Notes: a model not told the origin generated them from the letters alone. A stretch of 44,091 nt of DNA from Isoptericola halotolerans (GCF_013149785.1 NZ_JABEZU010000003.1:496001-540091), one strand, 5' to 3'; counted from the first letter of the stretch, positions 28,789-39,688 are shown. Numbers and translations: made by a program.

Positions 28789-29561
28789 CCACCTCTCCCT
28801 CGGCCGACCCTGCACCCGCCCCGGCTCCGGCCCGACGCCGCATCGCCGCTCAGGCCTCGTTCGAGACCCGCGCGATCCTGCGCAACGGCGAGCAGCTCCT
28901 CGTCACCATCGTGGTGCCCGTGCTGCTGCTCGTCGGGCTCGTGCGCACCTCCGTCGTCGACCTCGACACCGGTGGCGTCGCGCGGGTGGACTTCGTGACC
29001 CCGGGGATCCTCGCCCTCGCCTGCGTGACGACCGCGTTCACCTCCCAGTCGATCGCCACGGCGTTCGACCGGCGCAACGGGGTGCTGCGCCTGCTGGCCA
29101 CGACACCGCTCGGGCGCGGCGGGCTGCTGGCCGGGAAGATCCTCGGAGTGCTGTGCGTCGAGGTCGTGCAGGTCGTGGTGATCGGTGCCGTCGCGCTCTC
29201 CCTCGGCTGGCAGCCGTCCCTCGCGGGGATCCTGCCCGCCCTCGGGCTCGTCCTCCTGGGCACTGCGGCCTTCACCGCGCTGGCACTGCTGCTCGCCGGC
29301 ACCCTGCGCGCCGAAGGCGTCCTCGCGGTGGCCAACCTCGTGCTGGTGCTGCTCGTCGTCGGCGGTGGCCTGATCATGGCGCCCTCCGAGCTGCCCGGAC
29401 CGCTCTCGCACCTCGCCGCGTTCCTGCCCTCGGGCGCGCTCGGCGAAGGACTGCGCGGCGCCTTCCTCGGCACCGGCGTGCCGCCCCTGAGCATCGTCGT
29501 CCTGCTGGCCTGGACCGCGGCGTTCGGCGCCGGTGCCGGCAAGCTGTTCCGCTGGCACTGA
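28785..29561 (+). CDS. ABC-2 type exporter permease
   Basis: LRNGEQLL..., AFTSQSIATAFDRR.GVLRLL.TTPL, 6 TM, FRW end; ATGA overlap with the ATPase. Confidence 0.9.
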   Translation: MTTSPSADPAPAPAPARRRIAAQASFETRAILRNGEQLLVTIVVPVLLLVGLVRTSVVDLDTGGVARVDFVTPGILALACVTTAFTSQSIATAFDRRNGVLRLLATTPLGRGGLLAGKILGVLCVEVVQVVVIGAVALSLGWQPSLAGILPALGLVLLGTAAFTALALLLAGTLRAEGVLAVANLVLVLLVVGGGLIMAPSELPGPLSHLAAFLPSGALGEGLRGAFLGTGVPPLSIVVLLAWTAAFGAGAGKLFRWH

Positions 29562-29670
29562 CCCCGGCGACGGTCCCGGGCGCCGCGCGTCCCCTCCACG
29601 AGGGCCAATGTCACAGCCGGTGGCCGTCGTCGCGGGCCGGTGGCGCTCCACCGGCCGCTACCGTGGTCCC

Positions 29671-30639
29671 GTGAGCACGTCAGCGCCCGCCGAACCCACC
29701 GGCACCTCGCCCGAGCACGACCGCACCACGGACGACCGGCCCGACCGGCTCGCCCGGTTCCGCGGCTGGACCCGGGCCGTCCTGGTCGCCAACGTCGTGG
29801 CCCAGATCGCCATCATCGTCACCGGGGGCGCGGTCAGGCTGACCGCCTCCGGGCTGGGGTGCTCCACGTGGCCGATGTGCGAGCCCGGCCAGTTCACCCC
29901 CGTCTTCCACGACGCGGCGACCTTCCACCCGTATGTCGAGTTCGGCAACCGGCTGATGACCGGGGTGCTGTCCGTCATCGCCGTCGCGGTCCTGCTCCTC
30001 GTGCTGACCGACCGCCGCCGGTCGGAGACCTACCGGGCGCTGGGCATCGTCCCCCTGGCCGGTGTCGCGCTGCAGGCCGTCATCGGCGGCATCGTCGTCC
30101 TGCTCGAGCTGCACCCGGGATGGGTGTCGCTGCACTTCGTCCTCTCGGCCGCCCTGGTGTGGGTCTCCGCCTACCTCTTGCACCGCCACGGTGAGGGGGA
30201 CGGTGCGCCGGTACCGGTCGGGACACGATCGGTGCGGCGTGCGGGCAGCGTCCTCGGCCTGCTGACCGTCCCGATCGTGGTGCTCGGCGTGATCGTCACC
30301 GGTTCCGGCCCGCACTCCGGGGACGCCGACGTCGGCTACCGGCTCGCCGTGGACCCGCTCGCCTTCACGCGCGCGCACGCCTGGACCGTGTGGGTCTTCT
30401 GCGGCGTGCTCGCCGCACTGGTCGTGCTGTTGCACCGCCTGCCCGCCGACGGCGTCGTGCTGCGGGCGCGACGCGGCGCCTGGCTGCTCGTGGTGGTCAC
30501 CCTCGCCCAGGGGGCGATCGGGTACACGCAGTACTTCACCGGCCTGCCCGCGCTGCTGGTGGGCTTCCACATGCTCGGCGCCGGGCTGCTGGTGTGGGCC
30601 GCGGCGAACGCGGTGCTGCGGCTGCGCACCCGGGCCTGA
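29671..30639 (+). CDS. ctaA: COX15/CtaA family heme A synthase
   Basis: TGGAVRLTASGLGCSTWPMC, VEFGNR, QAVIGG, GSGPHSGD, conserved His residues in TM helices. Confidence 0.88.
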   Translation: MSTSAPAEPTGTSPEHDRTTDDRPDRLARFRGWTRAVLVANVVAQIAIIVTGGAVRLTASGLGCSTWPMCEPGQFTPVFHDAATFHPYVEFGNRLMTGVLSVIAVAVLLLVLTDRRRSETYRALGIVPLAGVALQAVIGGIVVLLELHPGWVSLHFVLSAALVWVSAYLLHRHGEGDGAPVPVGTRSVRRAGSVLGLLTVPIVVLGVIVTGSGPHSGDADVGYRLAVDPLAFTRAHAWTVWVFCGVLAALVVLLHRLPADGVVLRARRGAWLLVVVTLAQGAIGYTQYFTGLPALLVGFHMLGAGLLVWAAANAVLRLRTRA

Positions 30640-30668
30640 CCGGCCCGACCGCGACCGGCCCCGCACGG

Positions 30669-30693
30669 CCGCGGCGTGTCAGGCACGCCGCGG
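30669..30693. terminator. Hairpin between convergent ctaA and NUDIX genes
   Basis: CCGCGGCGTG-tcagg-CACGCCGCGG, a perfect 10-bp stem. Confidence 0.6.
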
Positions 30694-30697
30694 TGTG

Positions 30698-31354
30698 TCA
30701 GGCCGGCAGGTTCCCCCGGCGGTACGGCCACGGCGCCTCCACGGGCCGCAGCGACGTCCAGCCGTCGGCACGGCTCGCGGCAGCCGCCAGGATGCCGACG
30801 ACGGCCGACGGGTTGTGCAGCCCGCCGGCCAGGACGCGCCCCACCGCCTCGTCCAACGGCACCCAGCGCGTGACGATCTCCGACTCCTCGCCCGTACGCG
30901 TGTGACGGTCCGCGTGCGGGACCTCGCGGACGTCGCGGGCCAGGAAGACCCTCAGGGCCTCGTTGCTCGCCCCGGGGGTCGTGGCGAAGTCGACGAGCAC
31001 GTCCCACCGGCCGGCAGCCAGGTCCGCCTCCTCCGCGAGCTCGCGCACCGCCGCCTCGACGGCAGGCTCGCCGTCGACGTCGAGCAGCCCGGCCGGGATC
31101 TCCCACATCTCCGCCCGGACCGGATGGCGGTACTGGCGCAGGAGCAGGACGCGCTCGTCGCCGTCGAGCACCACGACGGCGACGGCACCCGGGTGGTCGA
31201 GGTACTCCCTGGTGACGATGCCGGCCTCGCCGAGGTCGACGTCGTCACGGACCAGGTCGAAGATCCGGCCGTCGTGGACGGTGTTCCGTCCCACGACGGC
31301 ACGGGACGCGACCCGGTCCTCGACCCGGTCCTCGTGCGGCGACCTTCCCGTCAC
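30698..31354 (-). CDS. NUDIX hydrolase (ADP-ribose pyrophosphatase type)
   Basis: [29 protein letters not shown]...[11 protein letters not shown]udix box; coupled to pyrG. Confidence 0.9.
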   Translation of the reverse strand: MTGRSPHEDRVEDRVASRAVVGRNTVHDGRIFDLVRDDVDLGEAGIVTREYLDHPGAVAVVVLDGDERVLLLRQYRHPVRAEMWEIPAGLLDVDGEPAVEAAVRELAEEADLAAGRWDVLVDFATTPGASNEALRVFLARDVREVPHADRHTRTGEESEIVTRWVPLDEAVGRVLAGGLHNPSAVVGILAAAASRADGWTSLRPVEAPWPYRRGNLPA

Positions 31355-33039
31355 GCCGTCGTGCCCTGCCGGGTCAGCGCCGCGGCCACCAGCCCGGCGA
31401 ACAACGGGTGCGAGCGCGTGGGGCGTGACTTGAACTCCGGGTGCGCCTGCGTGCTCACGTAGTACGGGTGGACGTCGGCGGGCAGCTCCACGAACTCGAC
31501 GAGCGTGCCGTCCGGCGAGGTGCCGGAGAACCGCAGCCCGGCCTCCTCGAGCTGGTCACGCACGGCGTTGTTCACCTCGTACCGGTGACGGTGGCGCTCG
31601 GTGACCGTCGTGGCCCCGTACGCCTGCGACACCACCGACCCCTCGGCCAGCGCCGCCGGGTAGTCACCCAGACGCATCGTGCCGCCGAGATCGCCGTCGC
31701 CGCCCACGATCGCGAGCTGCTCCGCCATCGTCGCGATGACGGGCGTCTTCGTGTCGGGCTCGAACTCCGTGGAGGACGCCTCCGTCAGACCGAGGACGTT
31801 GCGGGCGTACTCGATGACCATCGACTGCAGGCCGAGACAGATGCCGAGCGTCGGCACCAGGTTCTCGCGCGCCCAGCGCAGCGCGCCGATCTTGCCGTCG
31901 ATACCACGCACCCCGAAGCCACCGGGTACCAGGACGGCGTCGACACCCTCGAGCGCATCCTGCGCGCCGGCCGGCGTGCTGCAGTCGTCGGCGGCCACCC
32001 AACGGATCGTCACCCGGGTGTCGTTGTCGAACCCGCCGGCGCGCAGCGCCTCGGTGACCGACAGGTAGGCGTCCGGCAGGTCGATGTACTTGCCGACCAG
32101 CGCGATCTCGACCTTGTGCTCCGGCTCGTGGACCCGCTCCAGCAACCTGTTCCAGCCACCCCACTCGACGTCGTGGAACGGCAGGTCGAGGCGCCGGACC
32201 ACATAGGCGTCCAGGCCCTCGGAGTGAAGCACCCGCGGGATGTCGTAGATGCTCGGGGCGTCGGCGGCGTTGACGACGGCCTCGTTGTCGACGTCGCAGG
32301 ACATCGCGATCTTGCGCTTGATGCTCTCGGGCACCACCCTGTCGGAGCGCAGCACGATCGCGTCGGGCTGGATGCCGATCGAGCGCAGGGCTGCGACGGA
32401 GTGCTGCGTGGGCTTCGTCTTGAGCTCACCGGAGGGACCGATGTACGGCACCAGCGACACGTGCAGGAAGAAGCAGTCGTCACGGCCGAGCTCGTGGCGC
32501 ACCTGGCGCGCCGCCTCGAGGAACGGCTGGGACTCGATGTCGCCGACGGTGCCACCGATCTCGGTGATGATCACGTCGACCTCGGGCCCCGCCTGGTCGC
32601 GCATCCGCAGCTTGATCTCGTCGGTGATGTGCGGGATGACCTGCACCGTGTCGCCGAGGTACTCGCCGCGGCGCTCCCTGGCGATGACCCGCGAGTACAC
32701 CTGACCGGTCGTGACGTTGGAGGACGCCGGCAGTTCGATGTCGAGGAACCGCTCGTAGTGCCCGATGTCCAGGTCGGTCTCGGCGCCGTCCTCGGTGACG
32801 AAGACCTCGCCGTGCTGGAAGGGGTTCATCGTGCCCGGATCCACGTTGAGGTAGGGATCGAGCTTCTGCATCGTGACCCGCAGCCCACGGGACCGCAGGA
32901 GGCGTCCGAGCGAGGACGCCGTCAGACCCTTGCCGAGGGAGGAGGCCACACCACCCGTCACGAAGATGTGGCGCGTCTGGTGCGTCGCACCGGCGCGGCT
33001 GGAGGAGCGGGAGGACGTTCGGTTCACGGTGTCAGCCAC
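31351..33039 (-). CDS. pyrG: CTP synthase
   Basis: [53 protein letters not shown]. Confidence 0.97.
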   Translation of the reverse strand: MADTVNRTSSRSSSRAGATHQTRHIFVTGGVASSLGKGLTASSLGRLLRSRGLRVTMQKLDPYLNVDPGTMNPFQHGEVFVTEDGAETDLDIGHYERFLDIELPASSNVTTGQVYSRVIARERRGEYLGDTVQVIPHITDEIKLRMRDQAGPEVDVIITEIGGTVGDIESQPFLEAARQVRHELGRDDCFFLHVSLVPYIGPSGELKTKPTQHSVAALRSIGIQPDAIVLRSDRVVPESIKRKIAMSCDVDNEAVVNAADAPSIYDIPRVLHSEGLDAYVVRRLDLPFHDVEWGGWNRLLERVHEPEHKVEIALVGKYIDLPDAYLSVTEALRAGGFDNDTRVTIRWVAADDCSTPAGAQDALEGVDAVLVPGGFGVRGIDGKIGALRWARENLVPTLGICLGLQSMVIEYARNVLGLTEASSTEFEPDTKTPVIATMAEQLAIVGGDGDLGGTMRLGDYPAALAEGSVVSQAYGATTVTERHRHRYEVNNAVRDQLEEAGLRFSGTSPDGTLVEFVELPADVHPYYVSTQAHPEFKSRPTRSHPLFAGLVAAALTRQGTTA

Positions 33040-33121
33040 GGAACTCCATGCTATCCGAGAGAAGACGCCGCGGCGTCCCGGGCGCGCCCGCGGCGGCGTG
33101 GGATGCGGCACAGAGCAGTTC

Positions 33122-34804
33122 TCAGCGGCGCAGCAGCCGGCGCCCGACGGTCGCGAGGCGCGCGCGCACCGCCGTGTCGGTGAGTCCCGCCACGACCACG
33201 ACCACGACCATCGCGACCGCACCCGCGAGCAGGCCCAGGCCGACGTCGGTCGCGAAGGCGCCCACCTCGAACGGGGTCTCGACCGGTGTCCCGTGCGCTC
33301 CCGTCGCCACCGCCCGGTCCACGACGGGGACGGGCCACCGCCCGGCCACCGCGCCCGCCGCCCCTGCGACGACGGCGACGGCGACGGTCCGAAGAACACC
33401 CGACAGCGCCGCAGCACCGACCGCGCGACGGACGGCCAGCAGCAGCGCCCCTCCTGCGACGGTCATCCCCACGGTCGTCGCACCACCGAGCCACGCCAGG
33501 ACCTGCGTCTGCGTCGAACCGCTCGCCGGGACATGGTCGGCGAAGACGGGGATGGCGAGCATCACCCCGACGATGACCACCAGCCACCCGCCGGCGGTCG
33601 CGACGACGGCAGCCCTCGCCGCACCGACCGCGTACAGCAACCGTGAGAGCTGCAGGATCAGCGCGTACCCGAGCAGGCCGGGAGCCATCCAGGTCAGAGC
33701 GGCCGCCAGGCCGTCGGCGTCACCGTTCGCCACGCCGTCGAACACGTTCTGCACGAGCGGCGCCGCGGCCACCAGCGCGGCCGCTCCTGCCGCCGAGACC
33801 ACCACCAGGACCCGGGTCGTGGACGACACCAGCCGCGCCAGGTCGTCGCGGCGACCCTGCGCGGCCAGCTCGGCGAACCGGGGGAAGGCGCTCGTCGCGA
33901 TGGGGAACGCCAGCACCGCGTAGGGCAGGAAGTAGACGTTCTGGGCGTACAGGAAGATCGTCCACGTGCTGTCACCGCCCGCCTCGTTGCCGGCCTTCAT
34001 CGTGGCGAGCAGGGCGAGCTGCTGGGCGACCAGCGCTCCGAGCCCCGCGGAGGCGAGCCGCGCCGCCCGACGCCCCTCGCCGGCGGGGAACCTCAAGGTG
34101 GGGCGCAGACGCAGCCCGGTCCGCAGCACGGGCACCACGAGCGGCAGCGCGAGGAACGCCACGCCTGCGGTCATCCCCCAGGCCAGCCAGCCCAGCGCTT
34201 GCGAGCTGAGCTCGGCCACGTCCTGCTGGTTGCCCTCGGCCAACGCACCGAAACGTGCGTAGACCCCGATGACCACGAGGCTCGAGACCAGCGGCGAGAA
34301 GGCCGGCCAGAAGAACCGGTTGTGCGCCTGGAGCATCCCGCCGAGGACCACGGCGACGCCGTACAACGGCACCTGCACCGCGAAGACACGCAGGAAGTCC
34401 GCGGCGACGGCGACGTTCACCGGGTCGTTGAGCCCGGTCAGACGGACGAGCGGGTCGGCGAGCAGCGCCACCAGTCCGCCCAGGGGCACCAGCACCACGA
34501 GAGTCCAGCCGAGCAGCGCGGAAGCGGTCCGGGACGCGTTGACGCGGTCCCCCCGCACGAGGAACCCTGACAGCAGGGGCACGACCGACCCGGCGAGCGC
34601 TCCGCCGGCAGCCACCTCGAACAGGACGTTCGGCAGGAAGTTCGCGGCATTGAGGGGACCGTCCACTCCCCCCGTCCCGACGTAGTGCGCCTGGGCGAGC
34701 CACCGACCGAACCCGACGACCCTGCTCGCCAGCGTCACGACGGTGATGAGCACCGCCGCGCCGGCGATCGTGGTGACGGCCCGCCGGCCGCCGGGCCGGC
34801 TCAC
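33122..34804 (-). CDS. MurJ/MviN-like (MOP superfamily) flippase
   Basis: [11 protein letters not shown]...[40 protein letters not shown], more than 12 TM. Likely a paralog rather than the essential MurJ. Confidence 0.85.
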   Translation of the reverse strand: MSRPGGRRAVTTIAGAAVLITVVTLASRVVGFGRWLAQAHYVGTGGVDGPLNAANFLPNVLFEVAAGGALAGSVVPLLSGFLVRGDRVNASRTASALLGWTLVVLVPLGGLVALLADPLVRLTGLNDPVNVAVAADFLRVFAVQVPLYGVAVVLGGMLQAHNRFFWPAFSPLVSSLVVIGVYARFGALAEGNQQDVAELSSQALGWLAWGMTAGVAFLALPLVVPVLRTGLRLRPTLRFPAGEGRRAARLASAGLGALVAQQLALLATMKAGNEAGGDSTWTIFLYAQNVYFLPYAVLAFPIATSAFPRFAELAAQGRRDDLARLVSSTTRVLVVVSAAGAAALVAAAPLVQNVFDGVANGDADGLAAALTWMAPGLLGYALILQLSRLLYAVGAARAAVVATAGGWLVVIVGVMLAIPVFADHVPASGSTQTQVLAWLGGATTVGMTVAGGALLLAVRRAVGAAALSGVLRTVAVAVVAGAAGAVAGRWPVPVVDRAVATGAHGTPVETPFEVGAFATDVGLGLLAGAVAMVVVVVVAGLTDTAVRARLATVGRRLLRR

Positions 34805-35700
34805 CCCGCGGGATCCTCGCCAGGAGCGAGGGCGGCGCCGCCCTCCTCGACCTCGGCGGCCGCCGGGACGGGACGACGGCCTACCTGGTCCAGCGTGCGC
34901 AGCCACGGCGTCCGGTCGATCACCGCCGAGAAGCTGACCCGCTCGGACGCCAACGTCAGCCCCACGACCGCGGCCAGGGCCACGACGCGCACGGTGCGTG
35001 GGGCACCGAGCGCCCAGCAGGTCCCGACATAGGCGCCCAGGGCGTTCGCCCCACCGTCGCCGAGCATGTCCCGCTCCGCGAGGTCCTCGGGAGCGGCAGC
35101 AGCTGCCGCGCCGAGCAACGCTCCTGTCGCGCCACCACCGTGGGCCGCCGCGACGGGTGCCGCGAGCAAGGCCGAAGCCTTGAGCGCCCGCCCGGGCCTC
35201 AAGTCCAGCAGATTGACGAGGTTCGCTGCCCCGGCGATCAAGGCACCGTTCACCGCGACGTCGAGCGCTCGGCCGGCCCCGCCACCGTGCCGTGGCGTGC
35301 CCACGGCAGCAGCGGCCAGCGACGACGCACCGATGCCCACCACCTTCAGCCCGCCGGTGGTGAGCCGGCCACGGGCGAGCGCCCCCAGATGTCCGCGCAG
35401 GCCCTTCGTGCGCGTGGACGTGTCCTCCGCCAGATCGTCGAGCACCCCCAGCGCCCCCGCCCCGGCACACGCCAGCGCGACGGCGGTCCGGACCCGAGGG
35501 GGGCCTCCCGAGACCGCAGCCCCCGCGACCAGTCCGGCGGCCACCGCGGGCCCCTCCAGCATCGAGACAGGCTCACCGCCATGGTTGGTCCGCGTCCATC
35601 TCTCCGCGCCACCCGGCGGGCCTGCCTGCAGGACGCGCCGCGCAGCCGCCGTCACCGCTGCGGCGACCACCCCGGCAGCGGCGAACCGCCCGACGCCCAT
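34801..35700 (-). CDS. MraY/WecA-like (PNPT superfamily) membrane protein, divergent
   Basis: GVLDDL, NLVNLLDLRPGRALK and MLGDGGANALG correspond to the DD, NxxNxxD and (F/M)xGDxG motifs. Confidence 0.7.
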   Translation of the reverse strand: MGVGRFAAAGVVAAAVTAAARRVLQAGPPGGAERWTRTNHGGEPVSMLEGPAVAAGLVAGAAVSGGPPRVRTAVALACAGAGALGVLDDLAEDTSTRTKGLRGHLGALARGRLTTGGLKVVGIGASSLAAAAVGTPRHGGGAGRALDVAVNGALIAGAANLVNLLDLRPGRALKASALLAAPVAAAHGGGATGALLGAAAAAAPEDLAERDMLGDGGANALGAYVGTCWALGAPRTVRVVALAAVVGLTLASERVSFSAVIDRTPWLRTLDQVGRRPVPAAAEVEEGGAALAPGEDPAG

Positions 35701-36731
35701 CAGGCGTCCCCGTCGTCGTCGACGCCGGCCTCGTCCTCGCTGTCACCGGCCCCGCTGTCACCGGCCTCGTCCTCGTCGTCAGGCAGCTCGACGACCGGCG
35801 GCACCACGACCGCGTCCGGCTCGAACCCGAAGTGCCCCCCTTCGTCGGCGAGCTGTGCCGCCGCCGCCAGCGGGACGTTCAGGCGCATCACGGCACGCTC
35901 GGTCCCGCTGATCGTCGTCACGAGCGCCGCGAGGTCCTCGTCGGCACGGACGTCGGCGACGATGCCTCCGTCCCCGGTCGTCGGTCCCGCCACCACGACG
36001 TCGTGCGCGCTCTCCTGCAGCCCCGCGACCAGGGCGACGACGTCGACGTCCTCGCCCTGCTCGCTCGCACCCGTCGTCGCGGCCTCCGTGACCGGTGCGC
36101 CACCGAGCAGGAGCACCACGTCAGCGGGCCCCGAGGGCTCGAACCGCGACTCGACGAGACCCACGCGCGACAAGAGCTCGTACAGCTCCACCGAGCGGTC
36201 GCTCCGCACCGAGTCGCCCTGCGCACCGGTCTCGGTCAACGCCAGGCCCAGGGCCGCACCGAGCACACCCGCGGTGGTCGTCTCCTCGTCGATCATGTCC
36301 TCGAGCTGCTCACGCTGCCCGTCGGCCACCGTGCCCCGCAGCACCGCGTCGTCCACCGAGGTCCACGACTCCGTCAACGACGCCTGGGCCACGATGCGGG
36401 CACCTGCGGCCTCCAGCTGGTTGACGATGTCGGCCTCGACAGCGTCCGTCACCTCCTCGGCGTCGACGACGGCGACGGTGACGCCGTCGAGCGAGCCGTC
36501 GACCAGCTCCGCCCCCGCGGCGAGCGCGTAGGCGTTCTGGTCCGACAGCTCGGACTCGGTCTCGAGGAGGCTCTCGCGCAGCTCCGTGCGCTCCGCCCGC
36601 AACGCCTCCACCTGGTCGGTGAGCTGGTCACCGATCGCGTTCTGCAACGGACCTGCTCCGAGGATGATGCCGACCGCGAGCGCGAGGAACACAGAGATCA
36701 GCGAGACGAGGTGGTAGCGGAAGTCGATCAC
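35700..36731 (-). CDS. steB: SteB / MctB (DUF3186) family protein
   Basis: MIDFRYHLVSLISVFLALAVGIILG N-terminal anchor followed by a coiled coil; follows steA. Confidence 0.88.
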   Translation of the reverse strand: MIDFRYHLVSLISVFLALAVGIILGAGPLQNAIGDQLTDQVEALRAERTELRESLLETESELSDQNAYALAAGAELVDGSLDGVTVAVVDAEEVTDAVEADIVNQLEAAGARIVAQASLTESWTSVDDAVLRGTVADGQREQLEDMIDEETTTAGVLGAALGLALTETGAQGDSVRSDRSVELYELLSRVGLVESRFEPSGPADVVLLLGGAPVTEAATTGASEQGEDVDVVALVAGLQESAHDVVVAGPTTGDGGIVADVRADEDLAALVTTISGTERAVMRLNVPLAAAAQLADEGGHFGFEPDAVVVPPVVELPDDEDEAGDSGAGDSEDEAGVDDDGDA

Positions 36732-36773
36732 GGCGTGCGGGTGCTCCTTGGTTCAGTGGTGGTCGCTGAGGTG

Positions 36774-37967
36774 TCAGCCGCCGAAGAGGCTACCGACCCA
36801 CGAGACGATGTCGTCGAGCTGCGCACCCACCAGACCGAAAGCGGTCTGACCGGCCGCCGTCGACCACAACGCCGCGACGACGGCGGCCACGCCTGCCAGC
36901 GACAGCAGCGTCAGCTGCAGGTTCGAGATGCGGGTGCGGTACAGCCGCGAGACGCCCTTGGCGTCGACGAGCTTGCCGCCGACCCGCAGCCTGGTGAGGA
37001 AGGTGCTCGCCATGCCGGCCCGCCCCTTGTCGAGGAACTCGACGAGCGTGGCGTGCGTCCCGACCGCGACGATCAGCTCGGCGTCCTTGTCGTCGGCGAG
37101 CAACATGGCGATGTCCTCGCTGGTGCCTGTCGCCGGGAAGACCACCGGGTCGACGCCGAGCGCCCGCACCCGCTCGAGACCCGGGGCGTCCCCCGTGCGA
37201 TAGGCGTGGACCACGATCTCCGCGCCACAGCTCAGCGCCTTGTCCGAGACCGAGTCCATGTCGCCGACGATCATGTCGGGACGCCACCCGGCGTCGAGGA
37301 TCGCATCGGCACCGCCGTCGACGCCCACCAGCACCGGGCGGTTCTCCTGGATGTAGGACCGAAGCATCGCCAGGTCCTCTCGATAGTGATAGCCACGCAC
37401 CACGATCAGGACGTGCCGTCCTGCGAACCGGGTGCGCACGTCCGGGACACCGACGCCGTCGAGCAGCAGGTCCCGCTCGCGCCGGAGGTACGTCATGGTG
37501 TTCTCGGCGAACCGCTCGATCTCGTCGGACAACCCGTCGCGAGCCTCTGCAAGCGCTGTCTCCACCGTCTCGGGCGTCTGCCGCGCGCCGGTCGCCCACG
37601 GCTTGCCCTCGACCAGCACCGTCGCGTCGTCGATCGTGACCCTGGCCCCCTCGGGCAGATCCATCACCGTAGCTCCGAGGCCGTCGACCAGCACGATGCC
37701 CGCCTCGAGCAGGATCCCCGGACCTGCGTTCGGGTAGCGGCCGGTGGTCGACGCCGCGGCGTTCAGCACCGCGGAGGGCCGTGCGGCCACCAGCGCCTCG
37801 GCGGCGACACGGTCGATGTCGGCATGGTCGATGACGGCGACGTCCCCGGCGGACAGCCGCTTGGTCAGGTCCTTCGTCCGCGCGCCGACACGCGCCGGAC
37901 CGCAGTACTCGGACGCGTCGTCGTTGGTGTCAGGGGCACGCTCGGCCCGGCGCAGGGTCAGTCTCAT
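36774..37967 (-). CDS. steA: Putative cytokinetic ring protein SteA
   Basis: RTKDLTKRL..GDVAVIDHADID, GRYPNAGP, GVDGGADA, GTSEDIAML, STFLTRLRVG, C-terminal TM. Confidence 0.9.
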   Translation of the reverse strand: MRLTLRRAERAPDTNDDASEYCGPARVGARTKDLTKRLSAGDVAVIDHADIDRVAAEALVAARPSAVLNAAASTTGRYPNAGPGILLEAGIVLVDGLGATVMDLPEGARVTIDDATVLVEGKPWATGARQTPETVETALAEARDGLSDEIERFAENTMTYLRRERDLLLDGVGVPDVRTRFAGRHVLIVVRGYHYREDLAMLRSYIQENRPVLVGVDGGADAILDAGWRPDMIVGDMDSVSDKALSCGAEIVVHAYRTGDAPGLERVRALGVDPVVFPATGTSEDIAMLLADDKDAELIVAVGTHATLVEFLDKGRAGMASTFLTRLRVGGKLVDAKGVSRLYRTRISNLQLTLLSLAGVAAVVAALWSTAAGQTAFGLVGAQLDDIVSWVGSLFGG

Positions 37968-37972
37968 CGGCC

Positions 37973-39688
37973 CTATCGTCCCACGGCCGAGGACTCGAGA
38001 AGCTCGAGCGCGTGCTGACGTGCGGTCTCGGACTCGTCCTGCCCGGACAGCATGCGGGCGAGCTCCCGGACCCGCTCGTCATCGTCGACGGCGCGGACGC
38101 CCGTGACGGTGGCGTCGCCGTCCACGGCGGACTTCGTCACCACCAGGTGGGTGTCACCGAACGCGGCCACCTGTGCGAGATGCGTCACGACGACCACCTG
38201 GGTGCTGCGCGCCAACGAGGCGAGCCGGCGACCGACCTCGACGGCGGCCCGCCCGCCGACCCCGGCGTCGACCTCGTCGAAGACGAAGGTGGGGAGGACC
38301 GAGCCGGCCTCGTCGTCGGAAGCCGTGGCGAGCGCCACCTCGACCGCCAGCATCACCCGCGAGAGCTCACCGCCCGAGGCTCCCTTGCCGAGAGGTCGGG
38401 CCGGCGCGCCAGGATGCGGCACGAGCAGGAACGCCACGTGGTCGGCACCGGCCGGGCCGGGGTCGGAGTCGGTCACCTCGATCTCCAGTCGTGCCCCGCG
38501 CATCGCCAGGCCCGACAGCTCGGCGGTGACCGCTTCGGAAAGCCGGACGGCGGCGGACCGGCGTCCGGCGGTGAGCCGGGCGGCGAGGCTCGCGACCTGC
38601 TCGTCGAGCTCCGCGACACGAGCGCGCATCGCCTCGACCCTGTCACCGCCGTCGTCCAGGTCGAGCAGCCGGAGCCCGGCGTCGGAGGCCCACTGCAGCG
38701 CCTCGTCGACCGTGCTGCCGTAGCTCCGGGTCAACGCCCCGAGCTCGGCGAGTCGGGTGTGCGCCGCCTCCAGCGCGGCAGGGTCGGCCTGGAGATCGGC
38801 GACATACCCCGACAGCTCCGTGGCGACGTCGCCGAGCAGGTAGCCCGCCTCCGCCAGGCGCTTCGCCTGCTCGCCGAGCGCCGGGTCGTCGGCGGCGGCC
38901 CCCTCGAGCGAACGCCGGGCCTGCTCCACCGCGTGCACCGCGGACCCTTCGGTCTCCATGTCCTCGCCGGCGACGGCGTCGTGCGCGATCTGAGCGGCCT
39001 GGCGCAGCTGCTCGGCGTTGCCCAGCCGCGCCACGAGCGCGCCGAGCTCGACGTCCTCGCCGGGCTGAGGGTCGACCCGTTCCACCTCGGCGAGCCCGAG
39101 CCGGAGGAGCTCGGCCTCCCGAGCCCGCTCGGCCGCCCGAGCGGTCAGGTCGTCGATCTCGGACTGCAGTCCCGCTCGCTCGGCCCATGCCGCGCGATGG
39201 TCGGCGAGCAGACCTGCGTGGGCGGCACCAGCGAACCGGTCCAAGGCTGTGCGCTGCTTGCCCGGTGTGCGCAGGCGCAGCTGCTCCGACTGGCCGTGGA
39301 CGGTGACGAGGTCGGCCGCGATCTCGGCGAGGACACCCTGCGGGACACCACGGCCGCCGAGATGGGCGCGGGACCGACCTTGCGCGACGGTCCGCAGCAC
39401 GACCACGGTGCCGTCGTCGTCGACCGCGCCCCCGGCGTCGTCGACCCGGTGCGCGGCCTGTGGGTGGCGGGTGAGGTCCCACCGGCCCTCCACCACGGCG
39501 CGCTCCGCACCTGGTCGGACGGCCCCGGGGTCAGCCTTGCCGCCCATCAGCAGGCCGAGACCGGTCAGCACCATGGTCTTGCCGGCACCGGTCTCTCCGG
39601 TGATGACCGTCAGTCCCGAGGCCAGCGGCACCCGTGCGGTCCGGATGACTCCGAGATCCTCGATCGCGATCTCCTCGAGCACCCTCAT
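37973..39688 (-). CDS. recN: DNA repair protein RecN
   Basis: TVITGETGAGKTM, VHGQSEQ, ASGGELSRVML, FDEVDAGVGG, VTHLAQVAA. Confidence 0.96.
   Translation of the reverse strand: MRVLEEIAIEDLGVIRTARVPLASGLTVITGETGAGKTMVLTGLGLLMGGKADPGAVRPGAERAVVEGRWDLTRHPQAAHRVDDAGGAVDDDGTVVVLRTVAQGRSRAHLGGRGVPQGVLAEIAADLVTVHGQSEQLRLRTPGKQRTALDRFAGAAHAGLLADHRAAWAERAGLQSEIDDLTARAAERAREAELLRLGLAEVERVDPQPGEDVELGALVARLGNAEQLRQAAQIAHDAVAGEDMETEGSAVHAVEQARRSLEGAAADDPALGEQAKRLAEAGYLLGDVATELSGYVADLQADPAALEAAHTRLAELGALTRSYGSTVDEALQWASDAGLRLLDLDDGGDRVEAMRARVAELDEQVASLAARLTAGRRSAAVRLSEAVTAELSGLAMRGARLEIEVTDSDPGPAGADHVAFLLVPHPGAPARPLGKGASGGELSRVMLAVEVALATASDDEAGSVLPTFVFDEVDAGVGGRAAVEVGRRLASLARSTQVVVVTHLAQVAAFGDTHLVVTKSAVDGDATVTGVRAVDDDERVRELARMLSGQDESETARQHALELLESSAVGR

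Noticed and set aside
31309..31334. 12-bp tandem duplication CGACCCGGTCCT x2 (EDRVEDRV)
   Set aside because: In-frame slippage in the variable N-terminus of the NUDIX protein; no evidence of function.
35705..35782. Short direct repeats (CGCTGTCACCGGCC, CCGGCCTCGTCCTCG) at the steB 3' end
   Set aside because: They encode an acidic low-complexity tail; too short and irregular for an array.
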